Shown here piece by piece: positions 26,688 through 34,787 of a stretch of 64,000 bases of DNA. Each line of letters begins with the position of its first letter. Positions within the stretch are counted from its first letter, which is position 1. The notes beneath the pieces are model-generated. The model saw nothing but the letters and a program-made list of their open reading frames with translations. It did not search any database and was not told the origin of the DNA. Position numbers and translations under genes: made by a program. The DNA comes from Minisyncoccia bacterium (GTDB lineage: Bacteria; Patescibacteriota; Minisyncoccia; Phycocordibacterales; CAJBRS01), in NCBI GenBank assembly GCA_038215155.1, contig JBBQRF010000001.1, positions 142,205 through 206,204 of the forward strand. The letters are read 5' to 3'.

Positions 26688-27479
26688 TTACCAGGCCAGC
26701 TTCATAATCCGTCCATGAACCTTTACCCAAACAAAGGCCCGATAGAAAAGAAATGAAATTAAACCGACATAAAAAAGATTTAAAGCGGTACCAACGAGAA
26801 AATAGTTCCAAGGGAAGACACCAGTATGAATAATGCTTCGCATACCCTCAAAAACATAAGACGATGGCAAAAGGTATGAGATGAATTGAATATAATGAGG
26901 TAGGGCAGAGATGGGATAAAAGACGGCGCTGAAAGGCTGGAGAATGAAAATGAGACTGAAGGCGATAATGTTTGCGCCGCTTCCGAATCGAAAAGTAATG
27001 GTGGTGGTAAAAATACCAAGAATCCAGCCGAACAAAAGAAGATTGAGTATAAATGGAATGGTGTAAAATCCGAACTGGAGAATATTAAAGTGGTAAAGTA
27101 GCAAAGAACCAATTCCTAAAACCACACCGCAAATAATAATTCGTACTAAACCAAGCAGGAAAGTGGAAGCAAGAAACTCGCTCACCCGCATCGGACTAAC
27201 AAATATATTCAAAAAGTTCTTCTCCCAAACTTCTTCCATAAAAGCAAAGGAGACCGCCTTCTGCGACTGGCCGAGAAGATCCCAAAATATAATAGCCCCC
27301 AATAGAAGACTGACAATATTAAGGCCGCCGAGGCCACTTTTTTCTAAATAGAGACTGAGAAATCCCCAAACCAAAATTTCTAAAATTGGCCAAAAGAAAA
27401 GATCCATCAGGCGCGGCAAGCTTCGCTTGTATAGATACAAGTGGCGCATTAATAGGGCATTTAAACGATAAATTTTCAT
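26688..27479 (-). CDS. ABC-2 type transporter permease
   Basis: six TMs, VFYPISALP, LLPSSYVFEGMR. Confidence 0.88.
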   Translation of the reverse strand: MKIYRLNALLMRHLYLYKRSLPRLMDLFFWPILEILVWGFLSLYLEKSGLGGLNIVSLLLGAIIFWDLLGQSQKAVSFAFMEEVWEKNFLNIFVSPMRVSEFLASTFLLGLVRIIICGVVLGIGSLLLYHFNILQFGFYTIPFILNLLLFGWILGIFTTTITFRFGSGANIIAFSLIFILQPFSAVFYPISALPHYIQFISYLLPSSYVFEGMRSIIHTGVFPWNYFLVGTALNLFYVGLISFLFYRAFVWVKVHGRIMKLAW

Positions 27480-27481
27480 AA

Positions 27482-28222
27482 CTATGATTCTACCTTTTCT
27501 GTCTCCCCTCGAGCAATCATTAGAAAAACATCATTGAGATCATCTCGACCATATTTTTTAACTAATTCGGCCGGCACGCCGTCATCTTTTAATTTGCCCT
27601 GATGAATAAAGATGGCGCGGTCGCAAATCTCTTCTACTTCAGCCATATTGTGCGTGGTGTAGAGAATAGTTACTTTTTTATCTTTTTGAATTTTCTTTAA
27701 CAAAGAGCGAGTGCGGTCGGCAATATCTGGATCTAGAGAAGCTGTTGGTTCATCCAAAAAAAGTAGAGCCGGATCATTCAAAAGGGATTTAGCTAAATTC
27801 AATCGAGTCAATTGTCCTGTGGAGAGCGATGAAGTAAGTTTCGGCAAAAACTCTTTAATATTAAAATATTCAGTCAGCTCATCAATCTTACTCTGAATAT
27901 TTTTGATGCCGTAAAGCCGGCCAAAAGTATAAAGATTTTCCCAGACTTTTAAATTGCCTGGAAGGGCTACATATGGAGATGAAAAATTTACTTTATTGAG
28001 AATTTCTTCTCGGTTATTCTTCATATCCTTGCCAAAAAGTTTAATTGTCCCAGAGGTTGGAATAATTAGATCCAAAAGCATTTGAATAGTGGTAGTCTTC
28101 CCTGCCCCGTTTGGACCAAGAAGCCCAGTAATCGTACCCTCTTCTACGTCGAAAGAAAGATTATCAACGGCGGTAAAATCACCAAATTTCTTCACTAGGT
28201 TTTTCACTTCAAGAATTGCCAT
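27482..28222 (-). CDS. ABC-2 type transporter ATPase
   Basis: GPNGAGKTT, LSTGQ, LDEPTASLD. Confidence 0.92.
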   Translation of the reverse strand: MAILEVKNLVKKFGDFTAVDNLSFDVEEGTITGLLGPNGAGKTTTIQMLLDLIIPTSGTIKLFGKDMKNNREEILNKVNFSSPYVALPGNLKVWENLYTFGRLYGIKNIQSKIDELTEYFNIKEFLPKLTSSLSTGQLTRLNLAKSLLNDPALLFLDEPTASLDPDIADRTRSLLKKIQKDKKVTILYTTHNMAEVEEICDRAIFIHQGKLKDDGVPAELVKKYGRDDLNDVFLMIARGETEKVES

Positions 28223-28330
28223 GAATTTTAGATTATCATGACATTTACTTGGCGTCCATTAAAAGATCTGTAATTTAGTTTTTCTTGACTTTAGACTCCT
28301 ACAAATATAGTCTCAAGTTAGAAAGTAATC

Positions 28331-29134
28331 ATGAACAATCAAATACAGATGGAAGCGACAAAGGGTTTCAGTGCTTTAGGCATGAATCCCTATCCTGGAA
28401 GAATCATTATCGTCGGTCTCGATGAAACCGGTGAGAACCTCGTTCAAATTTATGCCATTATGGGCAGGAGTAAGAATAGCCGAAATCGGATCTTTTCCGT
28501 CGATGATGGTCGTCTTTTTACAGAGGCGGCTAATCCAAAAGAGGTTGCCGATCCCTCTTTTATTATTTACAACGCCATGATGGAAAAAGAAGATATTCAT
28601 ATCTCTCAGCGAATTCATGTAGTTAGTAATGGGGCCCAGACTGATCGAGTGGCGGATTCCATGGCTTCTGGAGACTCACTGGGTTTAGCCTTAAGCGAAT
28701 GGGAATATGAACCCGATTCCCCCAATTTTACCCCACGTATTACCGCTTTTAGTTGGTGGAAGAGGGACGGGAGCAATAAGTTAAATTGTCATATGGGAGT
28801 GGCTCTTCTTCGCAAGGCCATCGAGGGAGGGTCTTGTGATCAGTCTTTCTTTTTTTATGACAATTATCCGCCAAATTTGAAAGGCGAGTCTCAAGAGAGT
28901 ATTCCCGCTGGATACGGAGTGATGGTACATACCTATCTGGGGGAGGGAGATCCCTTACCAGCTTTTCGAGGAGAACCGCGTTACGTTCCTCTTGAGGGTA
29001 ATATTGACCAGCTGTTGGATAGATATTGGGAAGTTCTCAATAAAGAAAACCGCATATCACTTGCGGTGAAATTCATTCCGCCGGATCAACATTCCTCGAT
29101 CATTAGAATCAAGAATCAGTACGCAAAAATTTAA
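28331..29134 (+). CDS. IMP cyclohydrolase-like protein (PurO-like Ntn fold)
   Basis: YPGRIIIVG, IMGRSKNSRNR, SNGAQTD, EPDSPNFTPRI. Confidence 0.8.
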   Translation: MNNQIQMEATKGFSALGMNPYPGRIIIVGLDETGENLVQIYAIMGRSKNSRNRIFSVDDGRLFTEAANPKEVADPSFIIYNAMMEKEDIHISQRIHVVSNGAQTDRVADSMASGDSLGLALSEWEYEPDSPNFTPRITAFSWWKRDGSNKLNCHMGVALLRKAIEGGSCDQSFFFYDNYPPNLKGESQESIPAGYGVMVHTYLGEGDPLPAFRGEPRYVPLEGNIDQLLDRYWEVLNKENRISLAVKFIPPDQHSSIIRIKNQYAKI

Positions 29135-29182
29135 TCCGTCTTAGTCTTCTCAGCATCCAAGGATGCTATTTTTATTTAAAAA

Positions 29183-31666
29183 TTACTTTTTTCCAGCCAA
29201 ATTCTGCTGATGCTCATCTGTATTCTTCAGGCCGCAATTTTTGAATTTCTTGCCTGAGCCGCAGAAACATGGATCATTGCGGCCAATTTTATCTTGAGAG
29301 TTGTCCGGGATGGTATTTGCTTTCAATTCAATGATTGGTGCTGGATTCCCGACGGAAAACACGCCATTTCCCATATTAGGAATTGCTTCTAGGATGGATA
29401 GGTTAATAGAGCGCTGCATCTCTTTAAATAATTTAAGTCCTTCCCTTTTATATTCAACTAAAGGATCTCGTTGGCCATAAGCTCGTAAGTTTACTGAGCT
29501 CCTTGTGTAATCCATCACTTCTAAGTGATCGACCCAGAAGAGATCTATTGTCTGCATAAATATTCTTCGGATACCTGAGTAGAATTGTTCGGGCCCTAGC
29601 TCAAGTTTTTTCTTCTCAATTTTTTCTGCTTCCTCGGCAGTGGCTTCCTTTTCTATTTCTTGTAAAACTTCCTTTACAGCCATTTGATCCCCTAATAAAA
29701 TTTTACGCCGTCTTTCGTAAACCACTTGTCTTTGAGAATTCAACACGTCGTCATATTCCAAAACATGTTTTCGGGCGTCAAAATTAAAACCTTCAATTTT
29801 TGTTTGAGCATTTTCGAGCGCCCTTGTAATTAATCTATTTTCAATTGGTTGATCTTCCGGAATACCAAATCGTCCCATCATATTCTTAATAGTGTCTGTA
29901 GCAAAAATCCGCATTAAACTGTCTTCGAGTGACACAAAAAACTGGGTGGCGCCAGGATCACCCTGGCGACCTGATCGTCCTCGAAGTTGGTTATCGATTC
30001 GTCTAGCCTCGTGTCTTTCGGTACCTAAGACAAACAGACCACCAAGATCTTTAATCTCTTGGAATTCGGCGGCGCCCGGAGTGGCGCCGCCTAACTTAAT
30101 ATCCACTCCCCTTCCCGCCATGTTTGTAGAAATGGTCACCGCCCCTTTCTTGCCCGCTTCAGCAATAATCTCCCCTTCTCTTTCGGCGTACTCTGGTTTT
30201 GCATTAAGAATCTGGTGTTTAATTCCTTCTCTTTTCAAATAAGCAGATAGCAATTCATTCTTCTCAATAGAGACAGTGCCCACTAAAACTGGCTGACCAG
30301 TCTCATTTAATTCCTTAATTTTCTTAGCAATGGCAATGAATTTTCCTTTTTCCGTTTGAAATATCTGGTCATTTTCATCTAGTCTGACAACCGGCTTGTT
30401 AGTTGGTACTTCTATGACATCTAAACCATAAACCTTAAAAAACTCTTCGGCATTAGTTTTGGCCGTTCCCGTCATCCCAGAAAGTTTGGAATAGAGACGG
30501 AAATAATTTTGAAAAGTAATCGAGGCATAAGTGCGAGATTCTTTTTGGACCCGCACCCCTTCCTTCGCTTCAATAGCCTGATGAAGTCCTTCCGACCACC
30601 GGCGACCAAGCTGAAGGCGGCCAGTAAATTCGTCAACGATGATGATCTGATTGTCTTTAATAACGTAATCTTTGTCCCTTTCAAAAAGAGCCCGAGCCCG
30701 TACTGAAGTTTCCAAATGATGAACGTATTTAATTCCTTTTTCTGTATATATATTTTCTACTCCAAGTAACTTCTCGGCTAAATCAATCCCTTCTTCGGTT
30801 AAACTAATGGCTCGAAGTTTTTCATCCACTATAAAATGTTTCTCCTTTTCCAACTTGCGAGCAATAGTGGCAAAGGTGCCATAGAGATCTTCTGACTCAG
30901 TAGTAGGCATGGAAATAATAAGCGGAGTCCTAGCTTCATCAATTAAAATGGAATCCACTTCATCAACAATGGCGAAGTTATAGGGTCGCTGGCGGAGATT
31001 CTGAATATCATATTCGATATTGTCTCGCAAATAATCAAATCCGAATTCATTATTCGTTCCATAAGTAATGTCGGCATTATAGGCCTCACCTCGACTGACT
31101 GGTCGCAAAAATTCATAAACTATTTTAAAAGAAGCCACTTCATCCCGTTTTTCATCTAATTCTCGGTGAGCCATATCATATACATAAGAAGTGTCTTGAT
31201 TGATTACTCCCACGGTAAGACCTAGGAAGGAGTAGATTTCTCCCATCCATACTGCGTCTCGGCGGGATAGATAGTCATTTACAGTTACAACGTGCACACC
31301 CTTACCACTTAAGGCGTTGAGGTAGGAAGGTAGAGTAGCCACCAATGTCTTACCTTCTCCGGTTTTCATCTCGGCAATTTTTCCTTCGTGAATGATCATA
31401 CCTCCAATTAGCTGCACATCAAACGGTCGTTGCTTAACGGTTCTTTTGGCGGCTTCTCGGACTACGGCAAAAGCTTCCGGCAGCAAAGCTTCCAAGCTTT
31501 CGCCTTTTCCAATTCGTCCTTTAAATTCAGTGGTTTTCTCTTTTAAATCAGAGTCAGAAAGACTGCTTAGTTTTTCTTCAAAGGCATTAATTTCTTCCAC
31601 TCGAGGGGTGTAATTTTTCAGCACTTTCGAGGGGGAACCACTGAAGAGATTTTTAAGAGAAATCAT
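29183..31666 (-). CDS. secA: preprotein translocase ATPase SecA
   Basis: MKTGEGKT, DEVDSILIDEARTPLIIS, TNMAGRG, SEC-C zinc motif. Confidence 0.98.
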   Translation of the reverse strand: MISLKNLFSGSPSKVLKNYTPRVEEINAFEEKLSSLSDSDLKEKTTEFKGRIGKGESLEALLPEAFAVVREAAKRTVKQRPFDVQLIGGMIIHEGKIAEMKTGEGKTLVATLPSYLNALSGKGVHVVTVNDYLSRRDAVWMGEIYSFLGLTVGVINQDTSYVYDMAHRELDEKRDEVASFKIVYEFLRPVSRGEAYNADITYGTNNEFGFDYLRDNIEYDIQNLRQRPYNFAIVDEVDSILIDEARTPLIISMPTTESEDLYGTFATIARKLEKEKHFIVDEKLRAISLTEEGIDLAEKLLGVENIYTEKGIKYVHHLETSVRARALFERDKDYVIKDNQIIIVDEFTGRLQLGRRWSEGLHQAIEAKEGVRVQKESRTYASITFQNYFRLYSKLSGMTGTAKTNAEEFFKVYGLDVIEVPTNKPVVRLDENDQIFQTEKGKFIAIAKKIKELNETGQPVLVGTVSIEKNELLSAYLKREGIKHQILNAKPEYAEREGEIIAEAGKKGAVTISTNMAGRGVDIKLGGATPGAAEFQEIKDLGGLFVLGTERHEARRIDNQLRGRSGRQGDPGATQFFVSLEDSLMRIFATDTIKNMMGRFGIPEDQPIENRLITRALENAQTKIEGFNFDARKHVLEYDDVLNSQRQVVYERRRKILLGDQMAVKEVLQEIEKEATAEEAEKIEKKKLELGPEQFYSGIRRIFMQTIDLFWVDHLEVMDYTRSSVNLRAYGQRDPLVEYKREGLKLFKEMQRSINLSILEAIPNMGNGVFSVGNPAPIIELKANTIPDNSQDKIGRNDPCFCGSGKKFKNCGLKNTDEHQQNLAGKK

Positions 31667-31698
31667 AGAAAGATACTATAACATACAAAATTCCTTGA

Positions 31699-31783
31699 AA
31701 ACTCCGCAGAAAGCTCTGGGCGGAGAGTAAGACTTGGCCTAGCGGCCCGGAGCGCTCTCCGCCCAGAGCTTTCTGCGGAGTTT
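31699..31783. repeat. perfect 29-bp inverted repeat with 27-nt spacer
   Basis: AAACTCCGCAGAAAGCTCTGGGCGGAGAG and its reverse complement. Confidence 0.9.
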
Positions 31784-31823
31784 GTGATGGGGTTTGTGAC
31801 ATTTTCATATCAATAAAAATAGA

Positions 31824-31857
31824 AAGCAAAAACCCCTCTTTCGAGGGGTTTTTGCTT
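31824..31857 (-). terminator. intrinsic terminator after the small basic protein gene
   Basis: AAGCAAAAACCCCTC-TTTC-GAGGGGTTTTTGCTT. Confidence 0.8.
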
Positions 31858-31873
31858 AGTGAGAAGAAGGCAA

Positions 31874-31966
31874 TTATCGTCGTCGTTTTGCTGCCTTCTT
31901 TGCCTTTCGCTTTGGAGCGGCCTTTTTCTTTGTCACTTTCTTAGCCTTTTTCTTTTTTGCTGCCAT
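31874..31966 (-). CDS. 30-aa Lys/Ala/Arg-rich basic peptide (histone H1-like composition)
   Basis: MAAKKKKAKKVTKKKAAPKRKAKKAAKRRR, followed by a terminator. Confidence 0.7.
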   Translation of the reverse strand: MAAKKKKAKKVTKKKAAPKRKAKKAAKRRR

Positions 31967-32208
31967 AGTATTTTTTATCGTCTTTTCTACCTTCATTTCA
32001 ATTTGCTTTAAAGAACGCTGTGAGAATGAGATAAATCTGACGAGAGATTATTTTTTAATAGGTTTTCCGATTAAAAATTTTTCGACCCTATTCTTAATTC
32101 TGCCTAATCCCTTAAAGCAGGAATTAAAATAGAATTAAAAATTTTTATGAAAACTTAATATAATTATCTAATACCTGCGCTCAATTACAATGGTTTTATA
32201 AATTAAAG

Positions 32209-32217
32209 TGTGGATAA
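32209..32217. promoter_or_regulatory. DnaA box consensus
   Basis: TGTGGATAA in an intergenic region. Confidence 0.4.
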
Positions 32218-32220
32218 GTA

Positions 32221-32263
32221 ATTAGTGCGAAAATATTTTTCAGAAAAATATTTTCGCACTAAT
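32221..32263. repeat. perfect 20-bp inverted repeat
   Basis: ATTAGTGCGAAAATATTTTT-CAG-AAAAATATTTTCGCACTAAT. Confidence 0.85.
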
Positions 32264-32330
32264 CCCGCCACTTCTAAAATTTCTTCGCTTTTTAATTTTA
32301 GAAACCTAAAAAAACATTTTAAAATATCAA

Positions 32331-32425
32331 ATAAAAAATCCTGTCGATAAATGGTTAGCGGGTGCTAGCTCCAAAGTAAACATCTTATGTGAGTGCAGCC
32401 GCTAACCGTCCATTGACAGGATTTA
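32331..32425 (-). ncRNA. putative small RNA 2 (long hairpin)
   Basis: TTGACG-18-TAGAAT promoter upstream; stems 32336-48/32412-24 and 32353-61/32399-407; U tract. Confidence 0.45.
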
Positions 32426-32439
32426 CTACCATTCTATCA

Positions 32440-32524
32440 GCAAAACAAAAACCCCGTCAAAGACGGGGTTTTTGCGATGTTTACTTTGTGGTGAGCTAAC
32501 CATTAATAATCAACTCTCACACGT
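32440..32524 (-). ncRNA. putative small RNA 1, complementary to RNA 2
   Basis: TTGCTT-17-TATAGT promoter; terminator CAAAAACCCCGTC/GACGGGGTTTTTG. Confidence 0.45.
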
Positions 32525-32629
32525 AGGTCTACTATAGCATACTCTGCTCAAAAAAGCAACCACCCCCCCTAAACGACCTACTTGAGTTTGACTTTCTCTA
32601 TGACAAACCTTTATTATTCCTCCTAGATT

Positions 32630-32908
32630 ATGAATCTTTCTCCTCCTAAATGCCGTAAGTGCCGGGACAAAGGCAAAATAGTGCGTGCTCGATCAACTTT
32701 TCCATGTGAATGCCCTTCAGTACTGACCGCAGAGTTCCCTTTTGCCGGTATCGCCGGGCCCATTACCGGAGCGGAAATTAAAAGACATTTCGCCCCTAAC
32801 TGCCCCCAACCTGTCTTTCTCGGTTTAAGAAGAATTCCAGTCGATTATTTTCGACGAAGGATTGAGGAAATTTACGGCTCACCTGCCACGGTGCCAGCTA
32901 GCAGCTAA
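32630..32908 (+). CDS. hypothetical Cys-containing protein
   Basis: CxxC...CxC motif; TTGACT and TATTAT upstream. Confidence 0.5.
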   Translation: MNLSPPKCRKCRDKGKIVRARSTFPCECPSVLTAEFPFAGIAGPITGAEIKRHFAPNCPQPVFLGLRRIPVDYFRRRIEEIYGSPATVPASS

Positions 32909-32929
32909 CCCCATCAAATTTGGTGGTTT

Positions 32930-33217
32930 TTATTTTGTTTTTAATTTTTTAATGCTAACCGAATTTGTCTTAGACGTATTCTTGATAAGCTTTAATTTCT
33001 CTTCTCTCCGCCAGCCTTTAATTTCATACTCTCTTCCTCTGGCTTCTTTTAGGGTATCGAATTTTTCAGAGTATAAAAGTTTGACCGGTCTTCTTATTTT
33101 TGTGTAATGTGCTCCTTGCTTTGAATTGTTATGTTGAATGAGTCTCCTTTCTAGGTCGTTGGTGCAACCTGCGTACAAACTTTTATCAGCACATTCGAGG
33201 ATATAGGTGTAGTACAT
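32930..33217 (-). CDS. GIY-YIG nuclease family protein (UPF0213-like)
   Basis: YYTYIL, LYAGCTNDLERRLIQHN, GAHYT, EYEIK. Confidence 0.9.
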   Translation of the reverse strand: MYYTYILECADKSLYAGCTNDLERRLIQHNNSKQGAHYTKIRRPVKLLYSEKFDTLKEARGREYEIKGWRREEKLKLIKNTSKTNSVSIKKLKTK

Positions 33218-33330
33218 GAAAGCTTTCTTGATTAACTATAGTGTACCAGAATGAGCCATCTCGCTCGCTATATTTGTAAATTGCCAATATGTATTCTAGA
33301 ATAAAAAGAAATTAATAAAATAAAAAAAAT

Positions 33331-33807
33331 ATGACATCAAAAAATACTATTTGTCTTTGGTTTGATAAGGATGCGGAAAATGCAGCGAACTTTTATGCTG
33401 CTACTTTTCCCGATAGCAAAGTAACTGGTGTTTATCATGCGCCTGGCGATTATCCGAGCGGCAAGAAAGGCGACGTGCTTACGGTAGAGTTCACCGTTTG
33501 TGGAATTCCTTGTATGGGCCTGAATGGCGGTCCCGTATTCAAGCAAACCGAGGCATTTTCTTTTCAGATTGCAACGGACAATCAGGAAGAGACCGATCGT
33601 TATTGGAACGCCATCGTTGAAAATGGTGGAGAAGAAAGCGAATGTGGATGGTGTCGTGACCGCTGGGGAGTTTCATGGCAAATTACTCCCCGTACACTAA
33701 CTGAGGCACTTACCATTGGTGGTGCAGAAGCTGAACGCGCTTTTAAAGCGATGATGGAAATGAAAAAAATCGACGTTGCTACTATTGATGCGGCGCGGAA
33801 AGGCTGA
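33331..33807 (+). CDS. VOC family protein (PhnB-like)
   Basis: CLWFD, LNGGP.F, CGWCRDRWGVSWQI. Confidence 0.9.
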   Translation: MTSKNTICLWFDKDAENAANFYAATFPDSKVTGVYHAPGDYPSGKKGDVLTVEFTVCGIPCMGLNGGPVFKQTEAFSFQIATDNQEETDRYWNAIVENGGEESECGWCRDRWGVSWQITPRTLTEALTIGGAEAERAFKAMMEMKKIDVATIDAARKG

Positions 33808-33967
33808 GCGGAGAACTAGTTTTTATAGTCGCTACGCTCGTTAACTATTATTCACGCCAACTCAAAGATTCGTCGGCGCGCTGAAATTTTATAGTCAGTC
33901 GTGCCTCCTTATAATTATCTACGTCGAAATGTACTCATTTCGACGCGATTTTTACGCTTAAAAATCG

Positions 33968-33982
33968 GCTGCGGGACTAGGA
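33968..33982 (-). repeat. 15-bp duplicate of the tRNA-Gln 3' end
   Basis: GCTGCGGGACTAGGA identical to 34132-34146. Confidence 0.75.
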
Positions 33983-34132
33983 AAAGTCTTAATAATAGAG
34001 TGCCACATACATTAGAGTATCGTTTCTTCTTTTCATAGAGTTACTCGAACCCTGTTAAGTATCTAGGTTCCCAACTTTAGGCCCCAAGCAACTGAAATTG
34101 ACATATAAAAAAAAATATGCCAATTTCAGTTG

Positions 34133-34203
34133 CTGCGGGACTAGGACTCGAACCTAGATACGCAGATCCAGAATCTGCAGTCCTACCATTAGACGATCCC
34201 GCA
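34133..34203 (-). tRNA. tRNA-Gln(CTG)
   Basis: cloverleaf; GCAGA-TTCTGGA-TCTGC anticodon arm; GGTTCGAGTCC; no encoded CCA. Confidence 0.93.
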
Positions 34204-34255
34204 ATATATTAAAATTATTACATTCTCTTAACCTATTAACATTATACTGACTCTG

Positions 34256-34357
34256 TTGCGGACTGCCGATGTATACGCCCATCGGCACTGCTGTTTACGG
34301 GAACACTCGCAAAGCTTCGTGTGTAAACAAGGAGCCTACCATTAGACGATCCCGCAA
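34256..34357 (-). ncRNA. tRNA-Gln-derived cloverleaf-like element
   Basis: first 22 nt identical to tRNA-Gln; unrelated sequence forms two long hairpins and closes an acceptor-like stem. Confidence 0.5.
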
Positions 34358-34428
34358 TAGATGGGCTTTAGAATATCTTTTTTAGGATTGGAAATCAAAT
34401 AAATAAAAAGATCTGCGCCAGCTCAGAT

Positions 34429-34743
34429 CTACAGCTCTATGCTTTCTGGCACAGGCCCAGCTAATTCACTCATCGTCTGATGACGGATTTGTTCCGTCCA
34501 ACAATTCTTTTGGACGACAAGTCCGCAATTCTTGCAGACTTTTTCATTGGTACAATACAAAAAAGAACCCGAAAAAAATATCCCTCCCACGTTTTCTACC
34601 GGCTGTTGTGACCTTATCACTCTGTGTTCGGTATTATTTCTCCAGCATTTCCGACAAATCTTATCGTCGGCGTATTTGACGGCAAAAGCCATCAGAATAG
34701 CAGCGACTAATAAGCCAACTACAATTAGTATGGGAATTAACAT
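34429..34743 (-). CDS. membrane-anchored protein with CxxC pairs
   Basis: N-terminal TM, CRKC and CKNC. Confidence 0.55.
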   Translation of the reverse strand: MLIPILIVVGLLVAAILMAFAVKYADDKICRKCWRNNTEHRVIRSQQPVENVGGIFFSGSFLYCTNEKVCKNCGLVVQKNCWTEQIRHQTMSELAGPVPESIEL

Positions 34744-34787
34744 ATTATTCTAAAAATAGGTTATGCCACTTTCAATAAATAGTCAAT

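Noticed and set aside
33808-33967. Integron attC sites after the VOC gene
   Set aside because: Short hairpins and a repeated TTTTATAGTC are present, but I could not identify paired R/L boxes and there is no integrase.
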